From contig CAMMLS010000001.1 of assembly GCA_946497775.1 (NCBI GenBank), forward strand, positions 96,280-160,279: 64,000 nucleotides of DNA, read 5' to 3'. Below, in pieces: positions 29,929-38,546 of the stretch; the stretch's first letter is position 1; every line of letters begins with the position of its first letter. Position numbers and translations under genes: made by a program. Source of the stretch: an uncultured Clostridium sp. Lineage in GTDB: Bacteria > Bacillota > Clostridia > TANB77 > CAG-508. The notes under the pieces were generated by a model. That model saw nothing but the letters and a program-made list of their open reading frames with translations. It was not told where the DNA came from and did not search any database.

Positions 29929-30330
29929 TTACATACCCAATATTCGCCCTATTTGAATTCCAAGTGCTTGCCACCATGGGGCAGTATATCTTTTTTTAGG
30001 AAATTTAGTTTCAACTGCTTTTATATATTTTCTTATAATTGAATTAAATGATTTTTGCTCTAGAATATTCCAAATAATTATGTCTTCTTTTTTTATAAAG
30101 ACATCTATATCATAGTCTAAAATCAATTGCCTATCTGCTTCAAGCAAAATATCTAACTTAATACAAATTAAATCTAAATTTTCTTCCTGAGCAATAGCAG
30201 TTATGGAATTAATTTGATTTTCATATTGAACAGAAGCATAAACAGTATGACCACGTCTAGCTAAGGCAAGAGCAGCCATTTTCCCTAATCCAGAACCTGC
30301 TCCTGTTATAAATATTTTTTGTTTTTTCAT
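29929..30330 (-). CDS. truncated short-chain dehydrogenase/reductase (only about half normal length; possible internal-deletion pseudogene)
   Basis: The N-terminal Rossmann motif is FITGAGSGLGKMAALALARRGHTVYA. No YxxxK catalytic region is present in the 133 aa. Confidence 0.55.
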   Translation of the reverse strand: MKKQKIFITGAGSGLGKMAALALARRGHTVYASVQYENQINSITAIAQEENLDLICIKLDILLEADRQLILDYDIDVFIKKEDIIIWNILEQKSFNSIIRKYIKAVETKFPKKRYTAPWWQALGIQIGRILGM

Positions 30331-30373
30331 ATTATCACCTAATGTATATTATAAACAATAAGTAATAAAAAAT

Positions 30374-30401
30374 TAAAAAAGAAGGAGCAAAAGCTCCTTC
30401 T
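30374..30401 (-). terminator. rho-independent terminator (minus strand)
   Basis: AGAAGGAGC pairs with GCTCCTTCT. The A-run on the plus strand is a T-run on the minus strand. Confidence 0.7.
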
Positions 30402-30406
30402 TAGAG

Positions 30407-30628
30407 TTAAATAAATAACTCTGCTTTTAATTCTTGGATTATATCTTCCAAGAAATCTTGATCATCATCATATCTAGCAGGATTACTGCATAGAGTGAGA
30501 AGATCTGCTGCGAGTAAAGGTGATAATAAATCCCTTGACTCATAATACAATTGTTCCAGATTACTGGAATTTGAGTGAGTAAGACGCTGTAAGAGATGTA
30601 TAATCTCTATCAACAAGTAGCTGGACAT
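30407..30628 (-). CDS. hypothetical small acidic protein (73 aa)
   Basis: MSSYLLIEIIHLLQRL... I chose the start at 30628 for its RBS GGAGG. No family recognised. Confidence 0.45.
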   Translation of the reverse strand: MSSYLLIEIIHLLQRLTHSNSSNLEQLYYESRDLLSPLLAADLLTLCSNPARYDDDQDFLEDIIQELKAELFI

Positions 30629-30799
30629 ACCTTGTCCCCTCCTCATTATTAGTATAATAATATTATATAATATATAGAAATTGGTGTCAAATTGCGTTTT
30701 AGATGCAAAAAAATCAAACTTATGATATAATTACAAAAAATATTCACAATATAGACACAAATAACAATTATAATATATGCAAATAGAGGAGTTGAGAAT

Positions 30800-31480
30800 A
30801 TGAATGATATAACAGTTCTTGTAGTAGATGATGAATCTAGAATGAGAAAATTGATAAAAGATTTTCTAAAACAAAAGAATTATAACATATTAGAGGCAGA
30901 AGATGGCGAAAAGGCTATACAAATATTTGCAGAAGCAAAGGATAAAATTAAATTAATTTTGTTAGATGTCATGATGCCAAAGTTAGATGGTTGGTCAGTT
31001 CTAAGACAAATTAGACAAGAGTCAAAAGTTCCCATTATAATGTTAACAGCAAGAGGTGAAGAACAAGACGAGTTATTTGGGTTTGAACTTGGTGTTGATG
31101 AATATATTTCAAAACCATTTAGCCCTAAAATTTTAGTTGCAAGAGTTGAAGCTATAATAAAAAGAGTATATGATAATACTGAGAATGAAAAGAAAGATTA
31201 TGGCGGTATTGTAATAGACACAGAAGGAAGAACTGTAAAAGTAGATGATAAGCCAATTGAATTAAGCCTTAGAGAATATGAACTTTTGAAATATTTAATG
31301 GATAATGAAAATATTGCATTATCTAGAGATAAAATTTTAAATAATGTATGGAACTATGATTATTATGGAGATTCTAGAACAATAGATAGTCATATAAAAA
31401 AGATTAGACATAAATTAGGAAAAAAAGGTAAATATATTAAAACAATAAGAGGAATAGGCTATAAATTTGAAACAAAATAG
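30800..31480 (+). CDS. OmpR-family response regulator
   Basis: Receiver domain (VLVVDDE...LILLDVMMPKLDG) and a winged-helix domain (LSLREYELLKYLMDN...RTIDSHIKKIRHKL...IKTIRGIGYKF). Confidence 0.9.
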   Translation: MNDITVLVVDDESRMRKLIKDFLKQKNYNILEAEDGEKAIQIFAEAKDKIKLILLDVMMPKLDGWSVLRQIRQESKVPIIMLTARGEEQDELFGFELGVDEYISKPFSPKILVARVEAIIKRVYDNTENEKKDYGGIVIDTEGRTVKVDDKPIELSLREYELLKYLMDNENIALSRDKILNNVWNYDYYGDSRTIDSHIKKIRHKLGKKGKYIKTIRGIGYKFETK

Positions 31481-31491
31481 GAGATATTATT

Positions 31492-32985
31492 ATGAAGTTA
31501 CCAAAAGCATTAAAATCTATTAGGATGAAATTATTCCTTACTTTAACAGTAGTTGTAGTAATAATAGTATTTCTACTTATTTTTATAAACAGTATAGTTT
31601 TAGAAACATATTATCTTTATTCAAAAGTTAATACATTATTAAATGTATACTCTGATGTAAATGATTATTATAATAATCAAAACTATAATATAGACATAGC
31701 ACTAGAATTAGAAAAAATAGCAGTAAAGAATAATTTTGATATAATAGTAAAAACAGATGAAGATATAAGTATATATTCTTCTAACAAGAACTTTTTAGAT
31801 ACATTAGGGCAAATTACATCAATGGAAAAATATACAAATGCTAAAAATATGATTTACGCAAAAGAAAATGTCCAAATTAGAACCGTACAAGATGATAAAA
31901 CAGCATCTAAAATTATTTTATTAACAGCACAGCTTGACAATGGATATAAGCTATATGTAAGGTTATCAATTGCCTCTATTCAAGATAGTGTAAAAATTTC
32001 TAATAACTTTTTATTAATTATTGGAAGTGTTACAATTATTTTAGGTGGAATTGTTGTATTAATTATTTCTAATAAATATACAAAACCAATTCTAGAACTA
32101 AACAATATTGCAAGAAGAATGGCTAATTTAGATTTTAGTAAAAAATATATAGAAACTGGTGCAGATGACGAAATTAATAATTTAGGAAAAAGTATTAATA
32201 TAGTTTCTGGAAAATTAGAAAAAACTATAAAAGAATTAAGAAGAACTAATATAGAATTAGAAAAAGATATAGAACAAAAATCTAGAATAGATGAAATGAG
32301 AAAACAATTTATTTCAGATGTTTCTCATGAACTAAAAACTCCAATAGCACTTATCCAAGGCTATGCAGAAGGATTAGTAGAAAATGTTACAACAGATGAA
32401 GAAAGCCGTAAATTCTATGTAGAAGTAATTCTAGATGAAGCAAATAGAATGGATAAACTTGTAAAACAATTATTAGAGCTTATGAAACTTGAATATGGAA
32501 AAAGAGAGTTTAATAATACTAGATTTGATATAACAGAGTTAATTGGAGAAGTTATAAGAAAAACTACTGTTATGAGAGAAAATCAAAATATAGAAGTTAA
32601 ATATGATTCAAAAGAACCAGCATATGTATATGCAGATGACTTCTTTATTGAGCAAGTTATAACAAATTATGTAACAAATGCTATTAAGCATGTTGAAGAA
32701 GTAAATGGAAACAAATATATTGAAATAAAAGTAGAAAAACATGATAAAAAAGTAAGAGTGTCTGTATATAATACAGGAGAACAAATATCAGAAGAAGATT
32801 TAAATAGAATTTGGAAGAGATTTTATAAGATAGATTCATCAAGAAATAGAGAAAAAGGCGGTTCTGGTATTGGGCTAGCATTAGTTAAAGCTATTATGAA
32901 TAATTATCACAATGACTTTGGAGCATTTAATAAAGATGATGGTATAGAGTTCTATTTTGAATTAGATTCACATGATGATGTTTAA
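31492..32985 (+). CDS. sensor histidine kinase (2 TM, HAMP, HisKA, HATPase_c)
   Basis: The H-box is FISDVSHELKTPIA, the N-box is NYVTNAIKH and the G-box is GGSGIGLALVKAI. Confidence 0.9.
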   Translation: MKLPKALKSIRMKLFLTLTVVVVIIVFLLIFINSIVLETYYLYSKVNTLLNVYSDVNDYYNNQNYNIDIALELEKIAVKNNFDIIVKTDEDISIYSSNKNFLDTLGQITSMEKYTNAKNMIYAKENVQIRTVQDDKTASKIILLTAQLDNGYKLYVRLSIASIQDSVKISNNFLLIIGSVTIILGGIVVLIISNKYTKPILELNNIARRMANLDFSKKYIETGADDEINNLGKSINIVSGKLEKTIKELRRTNIELEKDIEQKSRIDEMRKQFISDVSHELKTPIALIQGYAEGLVENVTTDEESRKFYVEVILDEANRMDKLVKQLLELMKLEYGKREFNNTRFDITELIGEVIRKTTVMRENQNIEVKYDSKEPAYVYADDFFIEQVITNYVTNAIKHVEEVNGNKYIEIKVEKHDKKVRVSVYNTGEQISEEDLNRIWKRFYKIDSSRNREKGGSGIGLALVKAIMNNYHNDFGAFNKDDGIEFYFELDSHDDV

Positions 32986-32988
32986 ATA

Positions 32989-33030
32989 AAATAAATCCCC
33001 TTATTAAAAAAAAAGGGGATTTATTTTATT
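32989..33030 (+). terminator. rho-independent terminator
   Basis: AAATAAATCCCCTT pairs with AAGGGGATTTATTT. Confidence 0.8.
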
Positions 33031-33100
33031 CAAGATGTGTTAAAACTTGATGAATTGAATGAATTATTATCTTAAAGAAATATAATTTTCAAATCGAGTG

Positions 33101-33129
33101 TAGACAAAAAGATATTTATTGTATATAAT
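33101..33129 (+). promoter_or_regulatory. candidate orphan promoter
   Basis: TAGACA (33101-33106), 17 nt, TATAAT (33124-33129). Confidence 0.4.
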
Positions 33130-33373
33130 GTAACCACAAGAAAAACGAAAGAAAGAGGTAATTGTAATGAATAAAAACCTTGTAAGCCTTGTAGCAGTAC
33201 ACACATAATTTATTAGAGAAGATAAAAAGAATGAATATATAGATTATTTAAGACATATAAGACTTAGTATTTGGGTGCTAGGGCTGTATGTCTTTTTTTG
33301 TTTTGCTAATTGAGAGAGAAGTTTTTTGGAAAAGTTGTCAAAAAGATAGTAAAAAAGAAGGAGTGATTAATAC

Positions 33374-34039
33374 ATGAAAATTACAAACGGAATAACATTA
33401 ATAGCATTAGTAATAACAATAATCGTGTTATTAATATTAGCAGGAGTAGCGTTAGCTACTTTAACGGAACAAGGAAACATTATAGGAAATGCGGAAAATG
33501 CAGTAGAAAAATATAAAAATAGTGTGGTAGGAGAACAGATATTATTAAATAGAATAGAAAAGTATTTTGAAAGTTATACAAATGAAGTAGGTGAAAGTGA
33601 TAATATAGTAGATAAAACAGAGATTACAAATAATCCACAAGATTATTTTGGAGCATATGTAACAAATTACACAACACCAAGTGGTGATCCAGAAGTAGGG
33701 TGGAGAATTTTTTATGCAGATGAAAATAACATATATTTAATAGCAGATGACTATATACATTATAATTATGCTCCAAAATCAGAAAATTACACTTTGACTA
33801 AAAATTCAGAATATAGGTTATCATTCAATGAAATATATCAAGATTATGAAGGAAGTACTAATATTACGGATTCTAGGATACTAAAATGGTTAGGCTATAT
33901 AAATAAACATAATAGTTCAGAAGAAATAAATATTAGGTCAATGGCTTTTATGTTAGATTTGACAAAATGGAGTGAAAAATATGCAAATTTAGAATATGCA
34001 GATTATGCAATAGGAGGTCCAACTATAATAAAATTATAG
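33374..34039 (+). CDS. pilin-like protein, C-terminally truncated paralog of 27386-28616
   Basis: MKITNGITLIALVITIIVLLILAGVALATL... It shares YVTNYTTPSGDPEVGWRIFYADENNIYLIADDYIHYNYAP with the larger paralog. It ends at GGPTIIKL, where the paralog continues GGPTLELWCASY... Confidence 0.7.
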   Translation: MKITNGITLIALVITIIVLLILAGVALATLTEQGNIIGNAENAVEKYKNSVVGEQILLNRIEKYFESYTNEVGESDNIVDKTEITNNPQDYFGAYVTNYTTPSGDPEVGWRIFYADENNIYLIADDYIHYNYAPKSENYTLTKNSEYRLSFNEIYQDYEGSTNITDSRILKWLGYINKHNSSEEINIRSMAFMLDLTKWSEKYANLEYADYAIGGPTIIKL

Positions 34040-34048
34040 TTGGGAAAT

Positions 34049-34090
34049 AAAACTATACAAGAAAAATAAAAGTTGTATAGTTTTATTTTA
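34049..34090 (+). terminator. rho-independent terminator
   Basis: AAAACTATACAA pairs with TTGTATAGTTTT. Confidence 0.7.
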
Positions 34091-34124
34091 CCCTTTATGC
34101 TATAATAATCCTGAGGTGTAAAAC

Positions 34125-35081
34125 GTGGGAAGAAAAAAGAAGTATAGTAATAAAATGCCTAATATGGTATATGTTTTAATTACAATATTAATAGCATTTT
34201 CTGTGTATTTAGGGAGTGAAAAGCTTCAAGATAATGTTGTAAATAATTCTGAGGCTAACAATTTAACAAATACTGTGGCACAAGAGAGTAGAATAGATGT
34301 TGCCGATAATTCTGAGCTTAAAATTTATTATTTAGATGTAGGGCAGGCTGATAGTATTTTTATACAAAATGATGGCCAAAATATGTTAATTGATGCTGGT
34401 AATAATGATGACGGAGCAAATATTGTGCAGTTTTTGCAAGGGTTAGGTATTACAAAGATTGATTTTTTGGTTGGGACTCACCCACATGAAGACCATATTG
34501 GTGGATTGGATGATGTTATTAATAATTTTGATATCGGAATAATATACATGCCAAAGGTTGCTACTACTACAAAGACTTTTGAGAGTGTGCTTGATGCGAT
34601 AGAGGCTAAAAATTTATCTGTAACTACACCTGTTATAGGGAATGAATTTTCTATGGGGAGTGCAAAGTTTCAGATTTTGTCAACTGGTACTGATGAAGAT
34701 GATTTGAATTCTTGTTCTATTGTACTAAGATTAAAGTTTGGAAATTTAGCATATTTATTTACAGGAGATGAAGAAACTGTTAATGAAGAGAAAATGATAA
34801 ATTCTGGATATGATTTAAGTGCCGATGTTTTGAAAGTTGCTCATCACGGTTCTAATACAAGTTCTTCTGAGGAGTTTTTAGATAGAGTTTCACCAGATGT
34901 TGCTATTATTATGGTGGGTGAAGGAAATTCATATGGTCATCCTCATAGCGAGATTTTAAATAGATTAAATGCTAGAAATATTAAAATTTATAGAACAGAT
35001 ACCGATGGCACAATATTAATTACTAGTGATGGAAATAAAAATGATATACAAGTTTTAAATGATATTGATTTAAATGGATAG
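34125..35081 (+). CDS. ComEC/Rec2-related metallo-beta-lactamase-fold hydrolase (membrane-anchored/secreted)
   Basis: YLDVGQADSIFIQ, LVGTHPHEDHIGGL and VLKVAHHGSNTSSS. Confidence 0.85.
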   Translation: MGRKKKYSNKMPNMVYVLITILIAFSVYLGSEKLQDNVVNNSEANNLTNTVAQESRIDVADNSELKIYYLDVGQADSIFIQNDGQNMLIDAGNNDDGANIVQFLQGLGITKIDFLVGTHPHEDHIGGLDDVINNFDIGIIYMPKVATTTKTFESVLDAIEAKNLSVTTPVIGNEFSMGSAKFQILSTGTDEDDLNSCSIVLRLKFGNLAYLFTGDEETVNEEKMINSGYDLSADVLKVAHHGSNTSSSEEFLDRVSPDVAIIMVGEGNSYGHPHSEILNRLNARNIKIYRTDTDGTILITSDGNKNDIQVLNDIDLNG

Positions 35082-35089
35082 GTGAAAAA

Positions 35090-35302
35090 ATGAGATATAT
35101 AATAGATAGAATAGAAGGAAATATTGCTGTATGTGAAGATGAAAATGGAAAAATGATTGAAATAGATATATTAAAATTACCTCAAAATATTAAAGAGGGA
35201 GATTGTATTAAATTAGAAAATTCCAAATATGTAAAAGATGAAAAATATACAGAAGAAAGAAAAGAAAATTTAAAAAAAAGAATGAATAATTTATGGAAGT
35301 GA
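35090..35302 (+). CDS. DUF3006-family protein
   Basis: MRYIIDRIEGNIAVCEDENGKMIEIDILKLPQNIKEGDCI. This family commonly follows ComEC-type MBL genes (from recall). Confidence 0.65.
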   Translation: MRYIIDRIEGNIAVCEDENGKMIEIDILKLPQNIKEGDCIKLENSKYVKDEKYTEERKENLKKRMNNLWK

Positions 35303-35359
35303 TGTTGAAAAAACATATTAGCCATGATATATTACACAAAGTGAAGGAGATGATAATTA

Positions 35360-36826
35360 ATGGCTAAGTACAGATGTACAATTTGTGGATATATTTATGA
35401 TGATGATAAAGAACAAATAAAATTTGAGGATTTACCAGATTCATGGACTTGTCCTCTTTGTGGAGTCCCTAAAAGTTTATTTGAAAAAATAGAAGATAAT
35501 GTAATAGAAGAAAAGAAAGAAGATAGGTTTAGCAATGCAGTTAAAATTTCAAAAGATAACCCTTCAATAGAAAGAATAGAAAGCAAATGTATTAATTGCG
35601 GTGTTTGCACATCGACTTGTGAAAAATTAGAAGGTATAAAAAGAAAAAATGAAAAACAGATTATTTGTGTAAATTGTGGACAATGTGTACAAAGGTGTCC
35701 AACAGGTGCTTTAATTCCTAAAAGGGAAAACGGAAAATTAGAAAAAGCAAAAGAAGAAGGCAAAATTTGTATTGCATATACTTCTCCAGCTGTTAGGGTT
35801 GCTATTGGTGAAGAATTTGGAATGGAATATGGTACATTTGCACAAGGGAAACTAGTTTCTGCACTTAAGGAGTTAGGATTTGACTATGTGTTTGATGTAA
35901 CTTTTGGAGCAGATTTAACTATAATGGAAGAAGCAAGTGAACTTATAAAAAGGGTTAAAGAAAATAGAAATTTACCAATGTTTACAAGTTGTTGCCCTGC
36001 ATGGGTTAAATATGCAGAAATTTATTATCCAGAGTTATTAGAAAATATATCAACATGTAAAAGCCCTATTGGAATGCAAGGTGCAATGGTAAAAAATTAT
36101 TTTGCAGAAAAGAATAATTTAGATAAAAATAGACTTTATACAGTAGCTATAACTCCATGTACAGCAAAAAAATATGAAATATCAAGAGAAGAAATAGAAG
36201 GAACAGATTTAGTTTTAACAACTACTCAAATTGCTGAGATTTTAAAAGATAAAAAAATAGATTTTAAAAGCTTAGAAGATAGCAAATTTGACAAAATGTT
36301 AGGAGAAGGTACAGGTGCTGGAATGATTTTTGGAAATACTGGAGGAGTAATGGAAGCAGCACTTAGAACTGCATACTACATGCTAACAAAAAAGGAACTA
36401 ACAAAAAATAATATAGAATTTAATGTAGCAAGAGGAATGCAGAATGTTAAAGAGGCGACTGTTAATATAGATGGTTTATTACTAAACATTGCAATTGTTC
36501 ATAAAATGGCAGATGCAAAACCAATATTAGAAGATGCAAAATTAGGGAAATCTAAATATCACTATATTGAAATAATGAATTGTGAAGGAGGATGTGTTGG
36601 AGGTGGAGGACAGCCAAAAACATTAGATGAAAAGCAAATAGAAGTTAAAGAAAAGAGAATAGCAGCATTATATGGTAAAGATAAAATTCAGAAAATAAGA
36701 TGTAGCTATCAAAATCCAGAGATAATTAGAGCATATAATGAATATTTAGGAAGTCCATTAAAAGGAAAGGCACAAAATTTATTACATACAACATATAAAG
36801 ACAAATCTGAAATTTTAAAACAATAA
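35360..36826 (+). CDS. [FeFe]-hydrogenase-family protein with N-terminal rubredoxin domain
   Basis: Rubredoxin ([12 protein letters not shown]...[10 protein letters not shown]) and two ferredoxin-type clusters ([11 protein letters not shown]; [12 protein letters not shown]). H-cluster motifs are [18 protein letters not shown] and [14 protein letters not shown]. Confidence 0.85.
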   Translation: MAKYRCTICGYIYDDDKEQIKFEDLPDSWTCPLCGVPKSLFEKIEDNVIEEKKEDRFSNAVKISKDNPSIERIESKCINCGVCTSTCEKLEGIKRKNEKQIICVNCGQCVQRCPTGALIPKRENGKLEKAKEEGKICIAYTSPAVRVAIGEEFGMEYGTFAQGKLVSALKELGFDYVFDVTFGADLTIMEEASELIKRVKENRNLPMFTSCCPAWVKYAEIYYPELLENISTCKSPIGMQGAMVKNYFAEKNNLDKNRLYTVAITPCTAKKYEISREEIEGTDLVLTTTQIAEILKDKKIDFKSLEDSKFDKMLGEGTGAGMIFGNTGGVMEAALRTAYYMLTKKELTKNNIEFNVARGMQNVKEATVNIDGLLLNIAIVHKMADAKPILEDAKLGKSKYHYIEIMNCEGGCVGGGGQPKTLDEKQIEVKEKRIAALYGKDKIQKIRCSYQNPEIIRAYNEYLGSPLKGKAQNLLHTTYKDKSEILKQ

Positions 36827-36913
36827 GAAAAAATACAGATTAGAATATAAAAGTTCTAATATAAACTCCTTGTGAATACAATTAAACAAAAGTATTCGCA
36901 GGGGGTTTTCTTT

Positions 36914-37183
36914 ATGAAGGGAATATCAATAGAAGAGCGTGCATGCAAATTAGCACATTATATTATAGATTCAAAAGATACAGTCAGAGGTGCAGCAAAG
37001 AAATTTGGAATTTCAAAATCCACTGTACACATGGATATTAGCAAAAGACTATTAAAAATAAACCACGCATTAGCGTTAGAAGTAAGAAATGTATTAGACG
37101 AAAATAAAGCAGAAAGACATATAAGAGGGGGGATGGCAACAAAACTGAAATATTCACATCAAGAACATGATAAGGTAAGTTAA
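36914..37183 (+). CDS. spoIIID: sporulation transcriptional regulator SpoIIID
   Basis: IEERACKLAHYIIDSKDTVRGAAKKFGISKSTVHMDISKRL...NKAERHIRGGMATKLKY. I chose ATG 36914. Confidence 0.9.
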   Translation: MKGISIEERACKLAHYIIDSKDTVRGAAKKFGISKSTVHMDISKRLLKINHALALEVRNVLDENKAERHIRGGMATKLKYSHQEHDKVS

Positions 37184-37186
37184 AAT

Positions 37187-37224
37187 AAAAAAGAGGGTAA
37201 CCTATTTAGGATACCCTCTTTTTG
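37187..37224. terminator. bidirectional rho-independent terminator
   Basis: AAGAGGGTA (37191-37199) pairs with TACCCTCTT (37212-37220), flanked by A and T runs. Confidence 0.8.
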
Positions 37225-37231
37225 AGACTTT

Positions 37232-37756
37232 TTAACGTTTAATTGGAATAACATTGCCGTCTTTGTCAATAATAACAACATCGTCACCTAGTGTAGCATC
37301 TACTATTTCAACAACTCTTCCGTCAGAGTTTAATACAACAGTATCATCATGCCAGAAAGTACTATTGTCAATATAACTAGTAAATGCTGCCAAGCCAAGA
37401 AGTGCAATCCAGTCACTAGAATGCATTACACGCCAGTGATGAGAATAATATCCACGGTAATATCCATGAATGTAGGGATGACCATGATATCTAAAATATC
37501 CTACAGGAACCCTATGACGAATAATATGACGTGAACGAATTTTCTCATGGCGAATTGCTCTTTTTTGCCGGATTTGTGCCCTTCTAACTTCTGCTCTTAT
37601 TCTGGGATTAAAACGAGGGGCAGGTCTTTTTACAACATGCCTTCTAATAGGTGGTCTCGATGGACGACGAGGCGCATCTGCAAGTGCTAAGGTAGGCACT
37701 AAGAAGCTAAATGCAACGGCAAAAACAGTTATTAAAGCAACAATTTTCCGTCTCAT
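37232..37756 (-). CDS. secreted Arg/His/Tyr-rich hypothetical protein, compositionally atypical (GC-richer)
   Basis: The signal peptide ends ...PTLALA-DAP. A basic stretch (PRRPSRPPIRRHVVKRPAPRF...) is followed by GYFRYHGHPYIHGYYRGYYSHHWR and a hydrophobic segment. It uses CGN Arg codons, including two in-frame CGG (37748-37750, 37568-37570). Confidence 0.6.
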   Translation of the reverse strand: MRRKIVALITVFAVAFSFLVPTLALADAPRRPSRPPIRRHVVKRPAPRFNPRIRAEVRRAQIRQKRAIRHEKIRSRHIIRHRVPVGYFRYHGHPYIHGYYRGYYSHHWRVMHSSDWIALLGLAAFTSYIDNSTFWHDDTVVLNSDGRVVEIVDATLGDDVVIIDKDGNVIPIKR

Positions 37757-37868
37757 TTTGATTCCTCCTTTAATAAAAGTAATAAATAAAATTATGTCTT
37801 GGAATCTATAAAAATAAGCTTTTGCTTAATATAGTTATTATACTATATTTTGGAAATAATTGCAAATT

Positions 37869-37899
37869 AAATAGAGATTCTATTTTAGAATCTCTATTT
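37869..37899 (-). terminator. rho-independent terminator (minus strand)
   Basis: AAATAGAGATTCTA pairs with TAGAATCTCTATTT. Confidence 0.7.
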
Positions 37900-37914
37900 A
37901 ATAAAACGGTTATA

Positions 37915-38367
37915 TTATTGTAATTTGTTGAAAAATACTTGCTTTGCTTCATCATCTACGCCAACATATTCAAGATCATAAGGGAGATTTTTGCAGAATT
38001 TTTTAATTCTTCGTGCAGTAGAGCCCTTATCGTACTGAATATAGTATTCGCCAGGTTCTAAATCTTTAATTTTAAGCCATAAAGCTGATTCAGCATTATC
38101 CATATCGCGAATAAACTGAGCTTTGTAGGTTTCATAATCCATAACCTGATACTGAGGTGTAGAAGAAGAGGAAGCAGCTCTACTTGCAATATACGCCAAT
38201 ACGCCAACACCAGCAATTGCTCTCCAGGTATCACCAGAAGACCAACCATGGCGATGGTAATGCCTGTAATAGCGATGCGCCAATGCAGTAGATGGTGTAA
38301 TAATAGAAATAGAAAATACTGCTACCAATGCAAGTGCTATAGATTGTAAATACCGTTTCTTAAACAT
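37915..38367 (-). CDS. secreted His/Tyr/Arg-rich hypothetical protein, architecture parallel to 37232-37756
   Basis: MFKKRYLQSIALALVAVFSISIITPSTALA-HRYYRHYHRHGW..., then a hydrophobic segment and a small C-terminal domain. I chose ATG 38367 (RBS AAGGAG) over the ORF-track GTG 38376. In-frame CGG at 38353-38355. Confidence 0.6.
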   Translation of the reverse strand: MFKKRYLQSIALALVAVFSISIITPSTALAHRYYRHYHRHGWSSGDTWRAIAGVGVLAYIASRAASSSSTPQYQVMDYETYKAQFIRDMDNAESALWLKIKDLEPGEYYIQYDKGSTARRIKKFCKNLPYDLEYVGVDDEAKQVFFNKLQ

Positions 38368-38546
38368 AGTTGTCACTCCTTTGCAGTCTAATAATGTAAA
38401 TGAGCATTTAAGCTAACTATATATATATTATACAATAAAATAAATTTAAAATCAAATTTGCCATAATTTAAATTATGTGTTAGAATAACAGATATTAAAA
38501 ACAACAATATAATATTAATATAAGGTTATAAGGAAGGGGAGCAATT

